From assembly GCA_965228475.1 (NCBI GenBank), contig OZ245817.1, positions 2,400,001 through 2,464,000 of the forward strand: a stretch of DNA of 64,000 nucleotides, given 5' to 3'. The position numbers and the translations under genes were made by a program. The first letter of the stretch is position 1; each line of letters starts with the position of its first letter. The notes beneath the pieces are model-generated. The model saw only the letters and a program-made list of their open reading frames with translations. It searched no databases and was not told where the DNA came from. Positions 27,960-37,685 of this stretch are shown one piece after another. The DNA is from Myxococcota bacterium. GTDB lineage: Bacteria; Myxococcota_A; UBA9160; JAFDDA01.

Positions 27960-29548
27960 ACCCGCCCGCCACGCGCGCGCCCGTGCGCTGGCCCGAGGGA
28001 GCGGGCCTGGCGCTCCTTCTCGTCGGTACCTTCGCGGCGCGCTGGCCCTTCCGGAACGCGCCCCTGATTCGGGACGAAGGTGAGCTCGCCCACCTCGCCC
28101 AGGCGATCCTCGGCGGCGCCACGCCCTACCTCGACGTCTACAACCAGAAGACCCCGCTCGTCTTCTACGCCCTGGCCGGCGTGCAACAGGCGGCCGGCGA
28201 AGGGCTCGCAGCCCTGCGCACCGCGACCACGCTCCACGCGCTCGCGACGACCCTCGTCCTTTGGTGGCTCGCCCGGCGCCTGTTCGGCCCGCGCGCGGCG
28301 GGGATCACCGCGGGCGCCTTCGCGCTGATGAGCTTCGAGCACGTCGGGGTCGTGCACAGCGCGAGCCTCGAGTTCTTCGCCCTGATCTTCGGCGCGGCGA
28401 CGCTCCTCGCCTGGACCCACGGTGGCGCACGCGCCGCCTTCCTCGCCGGCGTGGCGGCCGCCCTCGCCTACCAGACGAAGCAGAACGCGCTCGTGCTCCC
28501 GATCTTCCTCGCAGCGGACTTCCTCTGGCATCGCGCGCTCGCGCTGCGGCCGGGCGGCAACGCGGGACGCGGCGGCCTTCGCCCCGCCCGGGAGCTGGCC
28601 GCCGCCACCGCCGGCTTCGCCCTCGTGACGGCGGCGACGCTCGCCTTCTTCGCGAGTCAGGGAGCGCTCGCGGCCTATCTCGAGTGCACCTGGTCGAACA
28701 ACTTCGCCTACGTCGGCGTCCGGCAGACAGGCATCGAGGACGTACTTCCGCGGCTCGTCGCGGAGACCCGCTACGCGGATCTGGGGCTCTGGGCCTTCGG
28801 CGCCGTCGGCCTCCTGGCCCTCGGCGGCCGGGCCCTGCGAGGCGCGGACGGCGAGAGCCGGGGCTCGCGGGCGAGCGGCCTCTGGATCCTGCTGGCCGGA
28901 ACCGCCGGCCTGGCGGTGCTCGGCGGGAACGTCGTCGGGCACTACTACGTGCCGCTCCTGCTCCCGCTCTCGCTCGGGGTGGGCTTCGCGGGAGACGCCC
29001 TCCTGCGCGCGGCGGCCGCAGCGCCCGCGCGGCGTCTGGCGGTCGTCGCGCTCCTGGCGCTGCTCACCCTGCCCGTCCTCGTCTCCTCCGCCCGCCGCCT
29101 CGCCGACCCCGAGGCCACGCTCGAGCGCATCTACGCGACGCTCGTCCCCGCCGGCATCGCCGAGGAGGTCGCCCACGCGCTCGCCGAGCGCACCGAACCC
29201 GGTGAGCCCGTTCTCGTCGTCGGGTCCGAGCCGCAGATCTACTACCATGCACGGCGCCCCGCCGCCTCGCGCATGGTGTTCAGCTATCCGATGACCGGCC
29301 CGTATCGTTTCGCGGCCGATCTCCGGAGGGAGTTCCTCGCGCAGATCGGCCCGGGCGGAGTGCGCTGGGTGGCCTACGTGAACAACCTGCAATCGCTCGC
29401 GAGCTCGCCCGCCGACGGCCGGCGCTTCGCCGCCGAGGTCGACCCGCTCCTCGAAGCCCACTACCGCGAGGGGCCGCGCTTCCGCGCGAAGAACCCGGCG
29501 ATCCGTGCGGACATGGTGATCCTCTACGAGCTGCGGGAGGCGCCGTGA
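27956..29548 (+). CDS. GT-C (ArnT/PMT-2-like) polytopic glycosyltransferase
   Basis: RDEG acidic motif, PYLDVYNQKTP, many TM helices, TKQN; GTGA overlap. Confidence 0.8.
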   Translation: MNPPATRAPVRWPEGAGLALLLVGTFAARWPFRNAPLIRDEGELAHLAQAILGGATPYLDVYNQKTPLVFYALAGVQQAAGEGLAALRTATTLHALATTLVLWWLARRLFGPRAAGITAGAFALMSFEHVGVVHSASLEFFALIFGAATLLAWTHGGARAAFLAGVAAALAYQTKQNALVLPIFLAADFLWHRALALRPGGNAGRGGLRPARELAAATAGFALVTAATLAFFASQGALAAYLECTWSNNFAYVGVRQTGIEDVLPRLVAETRYADLGLWAFGAVGLLALGGRALRGADGESRGSRASGLWILLAGTAGLAVLGGNVVGHYYVPLLLPLSLGVGFAGDALLRAAAAAPARRLAVVALLALLTLPVLVSSARRLADPEATLERIYATLVPAGIAEEVAHALAERTEPGEPVLVVGSEPQIYYHARRPAASRMVFSYPMTGPYRFAADLRREFLAQIGPGGVRWVAYVNNLQSLASSPADGRRFAAEVDPLLEAHYREGPRFRAKNPAIRADMVILYELREAP

Positions 29549-30867
29549 ATCCGCTGCGCGTGCTCGCGATCGTGCTGGGCTTCGCTGCCGGAGGTTGCGG
29601 CGAAGCACCTGCGCCGCCCGAGCCGCTGGCCCGGAACGTCCTGCTGCTCACCGTCGACACGCTGCGCGCCGATGCCCTCGAGTGCTACGGCGGACCCGCC
29701 GGCTCCGGGCGCGCTCTGTGTTCGCTCGCCGAGGAAGGCCTGCGCTTCCACTGGGCGTTCTCCGCGGCCCCCTACACCGCGCCTTCCGTGGCCTCGATCC
29801 TGACCTCGCAGTACCCCTTCGAGCACGGGGTCCGCCAGAGCGCAGGCACGCTCCTGCGCGCGGAGGCCGACACCCTGGCCGAGGCCTTCCGCAGCGCGGG
29901 CTACGCGACGGCCGCCTTCGTCTCGAACCCCGTCCTCTCGCTCCCGAACATGGATCAGGGCTTCGACACCTACGACCTCGAGATGAGCCGCCGCGAGCGC
30001 AACCGCGACCTCGGCGAACGGGAAGCCGAAGCGACCACCGATGCCGCCCTGGCCTGGCTCGCCCAGGCGGGGGAGCGCCCGTGGTTCCTCTGGGTGCACT
30101 ACCAGGATCCCCATGGGCCCTACGAGACGCCCCATCCCTCCGCGGTTGCGGACGCGCCGGGCGAGCTCGAACTGAACGTGCTCGACAACGAGTCCGGCTA
30201 CGGCGGCATTCCGGCCTACCAGGCGCTCCCCGGCCTCTTCACGCGCCGCGCCTACCGGGAACGCTACGACGAAGAGGTCCGGTATCTCGACGAACACGTC
30301 GCGCGCCTGCTCGAAGCGCTCCCGGCGGACACGGGCATCGTCCTGACCGCCGACCACGGCGAGGCCTTCGGAGAGGACGGCTACTTCTTCGCCCACGGCC
30401 ACGGAATCGGCCTCGACCAGGTGCGGGTGCCCATGATCGTGCGCGCGCCCGGCGCCACGGCGGCGGTCCGCCAGACCCCGGTGAGCGGGATCGACGTCGC
30501 GCCGACCGCCCTCGCCCTCGCCGGGATCGAAGCGCCCGAGGGCTTCCGCGGCCGCTCGCTGCTCGCCGAGGATCTCGCGGGGCCCGTCTTCGCCGAGAGC
30601 CGGCACCAGCTCGCGACGATCGAGGCCGAGCGCTACGTCGCCGCGCCGCGGGGCGGCCGCGGGCAGGCGCGCCTACCGCGCTCGGCCGACCTCACGCCAG
30701 GCGCCGACCCCCCGCGCTACCGGCCCCTGCGCGAGCCGCCGGCCGGACACGCCAAGCTCTACGAAGACTTCGAGGCCCGGGCCGCCGAAGCTCCGCCTCC
30801 GCCCCAGCGCGACAACGTCTCGGAGGAGACCCGCGAGCGGCTGCGGGCCCTCGGCTACGTCGAATAG
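29545..30867 (+). CDS. Sulfatase-like alkaline-phosphatase-superfamily lipoprotein
   Basis: Lipobox [36 protein letters not shown]-terminal LRALGYVE. Confidence 0.85.
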   Translation: MNPLRVLAIVLGFAAGGCGEAPAPPEPLARNVLLLTVDTLRADALECYGGPAGSGRALCSLAEEGLRFHWAFSAAPYTAPSVASILTSQYPFEHGVRQSAGTLLRAEADTLAEAFRSAGYATAAFVSNPVLSLPNMDQGFDTYDLEMSRRERNRDLGEREAEATTDAALAWLAQAGERPWFLWVHYQDPHGPYETPHPSAVADAPGELELNVLDNESGYGGIPAYQALPGLFTRRAYRERYDEEVRYLDEHVARLLEALPADTGIVLTADHGEAFGEDGYFFAHGHGIGLDQVRVPMIVRAPGATAAVRQTPVSGIDVAPTALALAGIEAPEGFRGRSLLAEDLAGPVFAESRHQLATIEAERYVAAPRGGRGQARLPRSADLTPGADPPRYRPLREPPAGHAKLYEDFEARAAEAPPPPQRDNVSEETRERLRALGYVE

Positions 30868-30902
30868 TTCCCGTCAACGGCGCGCCGCGCCCCGGAGACG
30901 CC

Positions 30903-32345
30903 ATGCTCCACTACGAATCGGTCCGCGAACTCACGAAACGCCTGCGCGAGCGCTCGCTCGGCTCCCTCGAACTCCTCGACCATCTGATCAAGCGGGTCAG
31001 CGCCCGCGATGGAGAGCTGAACGCCGTCGTCGCACGCGACTTCGACCGCGCGCGGGAGCGGGCCCGCGCCGCCGATGCGGCCCTCGACCGCGGCGAATCC
31101 GGCCAGCCCCTGCTCGGACTCCCCGTCCTGATCAAGGACGCCCTCGAAACGGAGGGGCTCACGACGGCGTGCGGCGCCCCGGAGCTCGCCTCCCACGTGC
31201 CCGGCACGAACGCCGATGCCGTCCAGCGCTACGTCGATGCGGGCGCCATCGTCTTCGGGAAGACCAACGTTCCGCTCTACGCGGGCGACAGCCAGTCCTT
31301 CAACGAGGTCTATGGCACGACGAACAACCCCTGGGATCCGACGCGCACGCCCGGCGGATCCTCGGGCGGCGCCGCGGCGGCCCTCGCGGCCGGCTTCACG
31401 CCCCTCGATATCGGAAGCGACATCGGCGGCTCGATCCGCGTGCCGGCCCACTTCTGCGGCGTCTACGGGCACAAGCCGACCTGGGGAATCGTCTCCGACC
31501 TCGGGCACATCCCCGGCCCGCCGGGGCAGCTCGCCACCACGGACCTCGGCGTGCTCGGCCCGATGGCGCGCAGCGCAGAGGACCTCGCCCTCGGACTCTC
31601 GCTCCTCGCCGGCCCGCGGCCGACGAACGAACGCGGCGGCTGGCGCCTCGACCTGCCCGCGCCGCGAGCGACCCGGCCCGGCGGGCTCCGCGTCGCCGCC
31701 TGGTTCGACGACCCCTTCTGCCCGGTCGACGCCGCCTCGCTCGCGTGCCTCGAGGACTTCGCCGCGCGGCTCGAGAAGGAAGGCGCCAAGGTCGACCGCC
31801 GCGCGCGGCCGGAGATCGACTTCGCGAGCGCCCACGAGACCTACCTGAACCTGCTGCTCCCGATCATCGGCGCGGGCTTCCCCGCGGAGGTCATCGAGGG
31901 CCTGCGCGCGGTGGCCGCCGGCGCGGCGGACGACGACGAGAGCCCGCTCGTCCGGCAGGCCCGGGCGACGCTCCTCCCCCACCGGGAGTGGATCGTCCAG
32001 GACGAAATCCGCGCCCACCTCGCCGCCGCCTGGCGGCGCTTCTTCGACGACTTCGACCTGCTGCTGATGCCCGTCCACCCGACCGCGGCCATCCCCCACG
32101 ACCACGAACCGAACTTCCACGCGCGCACCCTCGAGGTGAACGGCGAACCGACGCCCTATCTCGATTTCCTGAAGTGGGTGAGCCTGCCGACCGTCGTTGG
32201 CCTGCCCGCAACGGTCTGCCCCGCCGGCCGCACGCCCGGCGGCCTCCCCGTCGGCATCCAGCTCGTCGGCGCCCGTTTCGAGGACTACACGACGATCGAA
32301 GCCGCGTCCTGGCTCGGCGAGTTCACGCCTCCGCCCGGGTACTAG
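30903..32345 (+). CDS. Amidase (amidase signature family)
   Basis: IKD, GKTNVP, GGSSGG and GSDIGGSIRVPA; SD GGAG. Confidence 0.92.
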   Translation: MLHYESVRELTKRLRERSLGSLELLDHLIKRVSARDGELNAVVARDFDRARERARAADAALDRGESGQPLLGLPVLIKDALETEGLTTACGAPELASHVPGTNADAVQRYVDAGAIVFGKTNVPLYAGDSQSFNEVYGTTNNPWDPTRTPGGSSGGAAAALAAGFTPLDIGSDIGGSIRVPAHFCGVYGHKPTWGIVSDLGHIPGPPGQLATTDLGVLGPMARSAEDLALGLSLLAGPRPTNERGGWRLDLPAPRATRPGGLRVAAWFDDPFCPVDAASLACLEDFAARLEKEGAKVDRRARPEIDFASAHETYLNLLLPIIGAGFPAEVIEGLRAVAAGAADDDESPLVRQARATLLPHREWIVQDEIRAHLAAAWRRFFDDFDLLLMPVHPTAAIPHDHEPNFHARTLEVNGEPTPYLDFLKWVSLPTVVGLPATVCPAGRTPGGLPVGIQLVGARFEDYTTIEAASWLGEFTPPPGY

Positions 32346-32397
32346 AACCGGAGAGGTTGGACAGAGCTGCGGCGCGGGTGGGGTGCGCGGCAGCGGA

Positions 32398-32474
32398 TGG
32401 TCGGGCCGGGGAGATTCGAACTCCCGACCTCCTGAACCCCATTCAGGCGCGCTACCAAGCTGCGCTACGGCCCG
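32398..32474 (-). tRNA. tRNA-Pro (GGG)
   Basis: CGGGCCGTAGCGCAG...CCTGA-ATGGGGT-TCAGG...GTTCGAATC...CGGCCCGACCA. Confidence 0.95.
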
Positions 32475-32550
32475 ACGGACCCATTCGTAGCCTTGTCTCG
32501 CGGGGGAGTCCACTCCGCGCGGGCTCGGCCCGTTCGAAACCGGGCCGCGA

Positions 32551-34932
32551 TCACTCGAAGCTGATGTGGCGGTTCTCGGCGGAGACTTCGACGGTCCGCA
32601 CGACGGCGCGGCCGCCGGGGAACTCCGCGCGGAAGACGTGGAGGCCGGGGCTCAGCTCGTAGCCGATCAGCGGGGTCTCGCCGGCCGTCTTGCCGTCGAT
32701 CAGGATCTTCGCCCACGGGATGGCGTGGATGTTCACGCGCACGGTGTCCGCGGCCGCGGCGCTCGGCGCGGGGGCCGGGCGGACGGCGGCGGTCCGGGGG
32801 GCGGGCTCCGGCGGCGGCTGGGGGGCTGCGGCCGTCGGCGCAGGAGTCGCGCGGACGGGTGCGGGCTCGGGTTCCGGCGTCGGCTCCGGAGCCGGGGCGA
32901 CGGGGCGCGGCGGCGCCGGCGTGGCCGCGACGACGGGGGCCGGCGCGGTGGCCGAGGTCGGCACGCGGGTGCGGGTCGAGGGCGCCGGACGCGGGGAAGC
33001 CGTGGTCTCGGGCGGCGCCGGACTCGGCGGAGCCGTCGCGCTTCGCGGAGCCGGACTCGGGGCGCGGGCCGTCTCGGAAGGTGCCGGGCGCGGGGTCGTG
33101 ACGTTCTCGGGCGGCGTGAACGGCGAGCGCGCGGGGCGCGGTTCGACGGCGGGCGCCGGCGGCGCGGAGGGCGTCGCCGACCGCGTCGGTTCGCTTCGCC
33201 GCACCGGGACTTCGGGTTCGTCGCGCGGGGGCGGCTCGGTGCGCGGAGCTTGCGCGGGCGTCGGCTCCGGCGCGGGGCGCCGAGCGACGGTGGGCGTTGC
33301 AGCCTCGGGCTCGGGCGATTCCGCACGGGCCGGGATCTCGGAATCCGGAGAGGCCGTTGCCGAGCCCTCGGCCGGCGCGGCTTCCGGCTCGGGCGCTTCG
33401 ACGAATTCGGGCGGATCCCCGGGCGCCTCCGCAACCGAATCGTCGACGACGGCCGCCGGGCCGATCGGCACCTTGGGCCGCTCGGCTTCGCCGGGCAGGA
33501 GGCCATCGATGCCTCGCAGCAGATACGGCATTGCGACGGCCAGGACCCCGAGGCCCGCCACGGCGAGCCAGGCCGTGCGCGTGCGGGAGCGGCGGCGGTC
33601 TCGCAGGGGCGCACCGCTCGCGGCGGCCGGCTCGGCGATCGGGGGCGGCTCCGGTTCAGGGGTCTCCTCCACCGTTTCGGCGGGCGCCGGGGCCTCCTCC
33701 GACGCCGCTTCGCTCGCAGCCACCGCGCCGACGTCCCGCAGCGCCGGAAACGAGTCTTCTTCGTCGGTGGCCGGCTCGGGATCCGCTTCGGGTTCGGCTT
33801 CAGGCTCGGGGGAAGCCCCCGCCTCGTCCGCAGGCGTGTTCGCGGCTACCGCGGCACCTGCCAGTGCTGCTGCGGCCACCGCGGGCTCCTCGACCTCCGG
33901 CTCGGGATCCACGGGCTCCATCGGCTGGGTGTCTTCGCCGGAGACGGCCACGGGTTCCGGCTCGGCGATCGGGGCCTCCGCCACGGGTTCCGGCTCGACG
34001 GGCTCGGCCGTCGCGGCGCGGACGGCTTCCGGCACGGGCTGCACGCCGCGCGTGCGCCGCGGCGGTGCGGCCTGTTCGGCGGCCAGCGCTGCGGCCGCCG
34101 CCGCGGCCGCGCTCACCTCGATCTCGGCCTCTTCCTCCTCGGTGTCGAGCGGCTCGGCCGGCGGTTCCTCGGCGCGGCCCTGCTCGTCGCGGGCCCACTG
34201 GTCGATCGCCGCCGCGGCGTCGGCGTCGGGTTCGAGGCGCCAGACCACCGAGGCCAGCTCGTGGATGCGCCGCGGGTTGCCGGCGGCCGCGCCGTGGATG
34301 CGCGCGACGGTGTCCGCATCGAAGCGGCCGGTTCGCTCGGCCTCCTGGGAACGCTCGAGCCGCGCGCGCACGTAGGCGGCCGTCTGATCCGCGGTCATCG
34401 GCGCGTCGTATCGCACCTCGTGGAGGTCCGGGCCGAGGGCGGCCATCACCGAACCGAGGCGCGAATCGTCGACGGCGCCGAAGACCGCACGCAGCGCTCC
34501 GCCCGAGGCGGAGACCAGCGTCGCGAGCTGGCGCGCGGTCGAGAGCGGGAGGGCGCTCGCGTCGTCGACCATCATCAGGATCTCGCGGCCGTCGCCCGCC
34601 GTGCGGAAGGCGCAGTCGAGGAGCGCGCCCTCCGGGTCCTCGGCGCGGGCGTCCTCGCCGAGGGCCTCGAGCACCCAGCGGCAGAGCTCCGGCGCCGAGA
34701 GCGCCGGGTACGGCACCCAGACCACGCGGAAGGAACCGACCAGGCGGTCCGCCGCCACGTGCAGGAGGAAGGTCTTCCCGAGCCCGACCGGGCCCGTCAG
34801 CGCCACGGGATGGGCCGAGTCGCGGACCCGCCGCTCGAGCTCCGCCAGGACCGCGTCGCTGTCGGGACGGGCCACGTAGTGGGCGGGGTTCGAGGTGCTT
34901 TCGAAGGGGTCGCTGGCAGCGGCCGTACTCAA
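32551..34932 (-). CDS. ExeA-like AAA ATPase with acidic linker, TM helix, Pro-rich stalk and C-terminal PEGA-like domain
   Basis: DPF, GPVGLGKT, MMVDDA and GNPRRI motifs; C-terminal NIHAIPWAKILIDG..GETP. TTG 34932 has GGAG 7 nt upstream. Confidence 0.78.
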   Translation of the reverse strand: MSTAAASDPFESTSNPAHYVARPDSDAVLAELERRVRDSAHPVALTGPVGLGKTFLLHVAADRLVGSFRVVWVPYPALSAPELCRWVLEALGEDARAEDPEGALLDCAFRTAGDGREILMMVDDASALPLSTARQLATLVSASGGALRAVFGAVDDSRLGSVMAALGPDLHEVRYDAPMTADQTAAYVRARLERSQEAERTGRFDADTVARIHGAAAGNPRRIHELASVVWRLEPDADAAAAIDQWARDEQGRAEEPPAEPLDTEEEEAEIEVSAAAAAAAALAAEQAAPPRRTRGVQPVPEAVRAATAEPVEPEPVAEAPIAEPEPVAVSGEDTQPMEPVDPEPEVEEPAVAAAALAGAAVAANTPADEAGASPEPEAEPEADPEPATDEEDSFPALRDVGAVAASEAASEEAPAPAETVEETPEPEPPPIAEPAAASGAPLRDRRRSRTRTAWLAVAGLGVLAVAMPYLLRGIDGLLPGEAERPKVPIGPAAVVDDSVAEAPGDPPEFVEAPEPEAAPAEGSATASPDSEIPARAESPEPEAATPTVARRPAPEPTPAQAPRTEPPPRDEPEVPVRRSEPTRSATPSAPPAPAVEPRPARSPFTPPENVTTPRPAPSETARAPSPAPRSATAPPSPAPPETTASPRPAPSTRTRVPTSATAPAPVVAATPAPPRPVAPAPEPTPEPEPAPVRATPAPTAAAPQPPPEPAPRTAAVRPAPAPSAAAADTVRVNIHAIPWAKILIDGKTAGETPLIGYELSPGLHVFRAEFPGGRAVVRTVEVSAENRHISFE

Positions 34933-35175
34933 GCCATGTCTCCTGGCCGACCGCGGACGTCGGGCGAGCGCAATCTTAGTGCACGCACCCCGGAGTTGTC
35001 CGTGGGCGCCGCCGCGTTCCGGACCGAGCGGGCCCACCGGACCTCCCCGAGCACCGCAGGGGTCGGCGGGCACCCGGCCGCCTCGGGCGCTTGACCCGCC
35101 GCCGGAACGCCCCCTACCCTCCCGCCGCATTCGCGCGCCAGCCCGCGTCCGGCCCGCGAAGCCTGGGAGGAGACC

Positions 35176-35649
35176 GTGGCCGCAGACCGTTCCATCGTGC
35201 GCATCGTCGTGGAAATGCGCGTGGGGGCAGACCGCATGGCCGCGACCGACGACCCGGTCTTCCTCGGCCTGCGCGGCCCCTCCGGCCGCGAGTTCCGCCT
35301 CGCGGTGGCCAAGGGGAAGTCCCTCCGCCGCAAGGGCGAGGACGAGTTCGTCTTCGGCGCCCAGGACGACGGACGCGTGAACGTCGCCGAGCCGCAGCTG
35401 AACGACCCGACGCAACCCATGATCGACGGGGACGGGGTGGCGAGCGCGTACATCATCAAGCGCCTCGATGCCTTCCCGAACGTGCGCGGCGTCGGCGAAC
35501 TCGACGACCGGCTCCAGCTCGAATCCGCCACCGTGAGCCTCGAGTTCGCCGACGGCAGCGTGCGCCGCTTCCACCGCGAGGGGCCGATCTGGCTCGGCCT
35601 GACCTGCGGCCTGCGCTTCGACCTGCCCCCCGCGGCCGAGGGCTCGTGA
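35176..35649 (+). CDS. Hypothetical protein, PLAT/LH2-like pattern
   Basis: SD GGAGGAG; ATDDPVFLGLRG..GREFRL...R..EDEF pattern resembles PLAT. Confidence 0.55.
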   Translation: MAADRSIVRIVVEMRVGADRMAATDDPVFLGLRGPSGREFRLAVAKGKSLRRKGEDEFVFGAQDDGRVNVAEPQLNDPTQPMIDGDGVASAYIIKRLDAFPNVRGVGELDDRLQLESATVSLEFADGSVRRFHREGPIWLGLTCGLRFDLPPAAEGS

Positions 35650-36263
35650 GACCGCGCGCGGGGCGCGCGGCCGCGCTGGCCGCCGCGGCCGCCCTGCTGC
35701 TCGCCGCCAAGGACCCGAGCGCGCCCGGCGCCTACTGCCCGCTCCCCAAGGAGGGCGAGGTGCCGAGCTGCCTGGCCGGCGCCCAGGAGCAGTACGAGGG
35801 CTTCTTCCTCGGCGTCGAGAAGGGCGAACTCGACGAGAGCGAGGTCGCGCGGGTCGAGGCGGCCGTGCGCGGGAAGGAAGGCACCGAGCGCTTCGACGCC
35901 CTCTCCTCCCTGTCCTACGGCTACTTCATGCTCGCGCGGGCCCAGGCCGCTTCGGAGAACCCGGACCCGAGGCTGCGCGAGCGGCTCGAGGCCTGGAACG
36001 GCGTCCTGACCGAGGCCTACCAGGAGAACGACGCGGACCCGCGCTACCGCGCCGCCGTTCGCGCCGCGGCCCTCGATCTCAAGGAGAGCGTGCCGGCCCT
36101 CGGCCTGCGCTGCACGGACGCCGAAGGCCACCCGACCGAGTGCGCCTCGACCGAAGCGGTGATCCGCGCCATCGACGCCGCGCGCCAGCAGACCGGCCTG
36201 CGCGGCGCCCTCTCGCGCCTGCTCGGAGCCCTGTTCGGCCCCGACCCCGAGCCCGCGCCTTGA
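35646..36263 (+). CDS. Secreted Cys-containing hypothetical protein
   Basis: GTGA overlap, signal-like N-terminus, 4 Cys, host codon bias. Confidence 0.65.
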   Translation: MRPRAGRAAALAAAAALLLAAKDPSAPGAYCPLPKEGEVPSCLAGAQEQYEGFFLGVEKGELDESEVARVEAAVRGKEGTERFDALSSLSYGYFMLARAQAASENPDPRLRERLEAWNGVLTEAYQENDADPRYRAAVRAAALDLKESVPALGLRCTDAEGHPTECASTEAVIRAIDAARQQTGLRGALSRLLGALFGPDPEPAP

Positions 36264-36844
36264 GCCAGTCCTTCCCCGTCCGCATGTGGAAGGCCTCGCT
36301 CCTCGACGCGGAGACCTACGAGGAGGTCGAGGCGGACCCCGCGTCGATGCCCCAGGCGGTCGCCGTCGTGCTGATCTGCGCCGCGGCCGGTGGGCTCGGC
36401 TCCTGGTGGCTCCACGCCGTACAGCGCGACATCCCGATGGACGTGGCGATCCTGCCGATCGCCCTCGAGGTGCTCGAGCCGCTCGTGCTCTGGGCCGGCG
36501 GGTCGCTCTTCGCCTACATGGTCGGCGCGACCTTCTTCCGCGGCCGGGAGACCGAGACGGACTACGCGGAGGTCCTGCGGACGGTGGGCTTCGCCTTCGC
36601 CCCGGGCGTGCTGCGCCTCGTGGGCTTCGCCCTGCCCCCGATCGCCGCGACCTTCGGCATCGTCGATACCGAGGTCCCCCGCATCGTCTTCAACACGGTG
36701 ATCGAGCTCTGGGTGCTGATGGCAGGCATCGTCGCGGTGCGGCAGGCGCTCGACTTCACGACGCTGCGCGCCGTCGGCACCTACGGCAGCGCCTACGTCC
36801 TGCTCTACCTGGTCGTGATCGGACTGTCCGCGACGCTCGCCTAG
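36260..36844 (+). CDS. YIP1-family-like membrane protein
   Basis: YEEVEAD...QA, LRTVGFAFAPG and VAVRQALD motifs; TTGA overlap. Confidence 0.75.
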   Translation: MSQSFPVRMWKASLLDAETYEEVEADPASMPQAVAVVLICAAAGGLGSWWLHAVQRDIPMDVAILPIALEVLEPLVLWAGGSLFAYMVGATFFRGRETETDYAEVLRTVGFAFAPGVLRLVGFALPPIAATFGIVDTEVPRIVFNTVIELWVLMAGIVAVRQALDFTTLRAVGTYGSAYVLLYLVVIGLSATLA

Positions 36845-36859
36845 GCGCCGGCGTGCGCG

Positions 36860-37348
36860 CTAGAGCAGCGCCCGGATCGCTTCGAGCTCGGTGCGGATCT
36901 CCCGCAGGTTCCCGGCCCAGTCGCCCGGATCCATCGGCATCGGCTCGGCCAGGGCGGAGGCCCGCTCGGCACCGCTGCCGAGCTCCTTCAGCCGCTTCTT
37001 CGCACCGGCGATGGTGAAGCGCTCTTCGTAGAGGAGGCGCTTGATCAGGAGGATCGTCTCGATGTCCTGCTTGCGGTAGAGGCGCTGGTTCGAACGGGAC
37101 TTCCCCGGCGCCATCCATTTGAACTCGGACTCCCAGTAGCGGAGCACGTAGGGCTTCACGCCGGTCAGGTCCGCGACCTCGCCGATCCGGTAGTAGATCT
37201 TGTCGCTGGCCTCGAGTTCGTGGCGCGAATCGCTCACGCTGCGCGTCGTCTCGGGCGCGGGCGGCGCGGGCTTGCGCGCTTCCGACTTCCGCGGCTCCGC
37301 CTTGCGCGAAGTGGGCTTCCGCTTCGGGGCGCGGGGCTTGCGCGCCAC
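36860..37348 (-). CDS. MerR family transcriptional regulator (ihfA-linked)
   Basis: KIYYRIGEV...YVLRYWESEF...QRLYR...LLYEERFTIAGA; GTG overlaps the ihfA TAG. Confidence 0.9.
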   Translation of the reverse strand: MARKPRAPKRKPTSRKAEPRKSEARKPAPPAPETTRSVSDSRHELEASDKIYYRIGEVADLTGVKPYVLRYWESEFKWMAPGKSRSNQRLYRKQDIETILLIKRLLYEERFTIAGAKKRLKELGSGAERASALAEPMPMDPGDWAGNLREIRTELEAIRALL

Positions 37349-37671
37349 TACTGGGCGCCGCCCGAAGCCTCGGCGGAACCGCCGTCGCCTTCGAAGCCCT
37401 CGTTCAGGACGTTCTTCAGGACCAGGCTCGGCTTGAACGTGAGCACGCGGCGCGCGGCCAGCCGGATCTCTTCGCCCGTCTGCGGGTTGCGGCCCTTGCG
37501 CGCATTCTTCTCGCGAACGACGAAGTTGCCGAAGCCCGAGATCTTCACCTTCTCGCCCTCGGCGAGGGTGTCCTTGATGATGTCGAAGACGGTCTCCACG
37601 AGATCCGCAGACTCCTTCTTGGAGAAGCCCACCCGCTCGTAGATGCACTCGACGATGTCGGCCTTGGTCAC
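37348..37671 (-). CDS. ihfA: Integration host factor subunit alpha
   Basis: TKADI, VKISGFGNF and GRNPQTGE motifs; follows pheT. Confidence 0.93.
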   Translation of the reverse strand: MTKADIVECIYERVGFSKKESADLVETVFDIIKDTLAEGEKVKISGFGNFVVREKNARKGRNPQTGEEIRLAARRVLTFKPSLVLKNVLNEGFEGDGGSAEASGGAQ

Positions 37672-37685
37672 CCCGTCCCCCGTCT

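Noticed and set aside
32690..34375. Gly/Ser/Ala-rich 561-aa ORF resembling a silk-like or PGRS-like protein
   Set aside because: It is the reverse complement of the Pro/Ala/Glu-rich linker of the ExeA-like gene.
34929..34937. ATG-GCT-TGA mini-ORF overlapping the ExeA-like TTG start
   Set aside because: The ATG is only 2 nt from the SD, while the TTG has optimal spacing; probably incidental.
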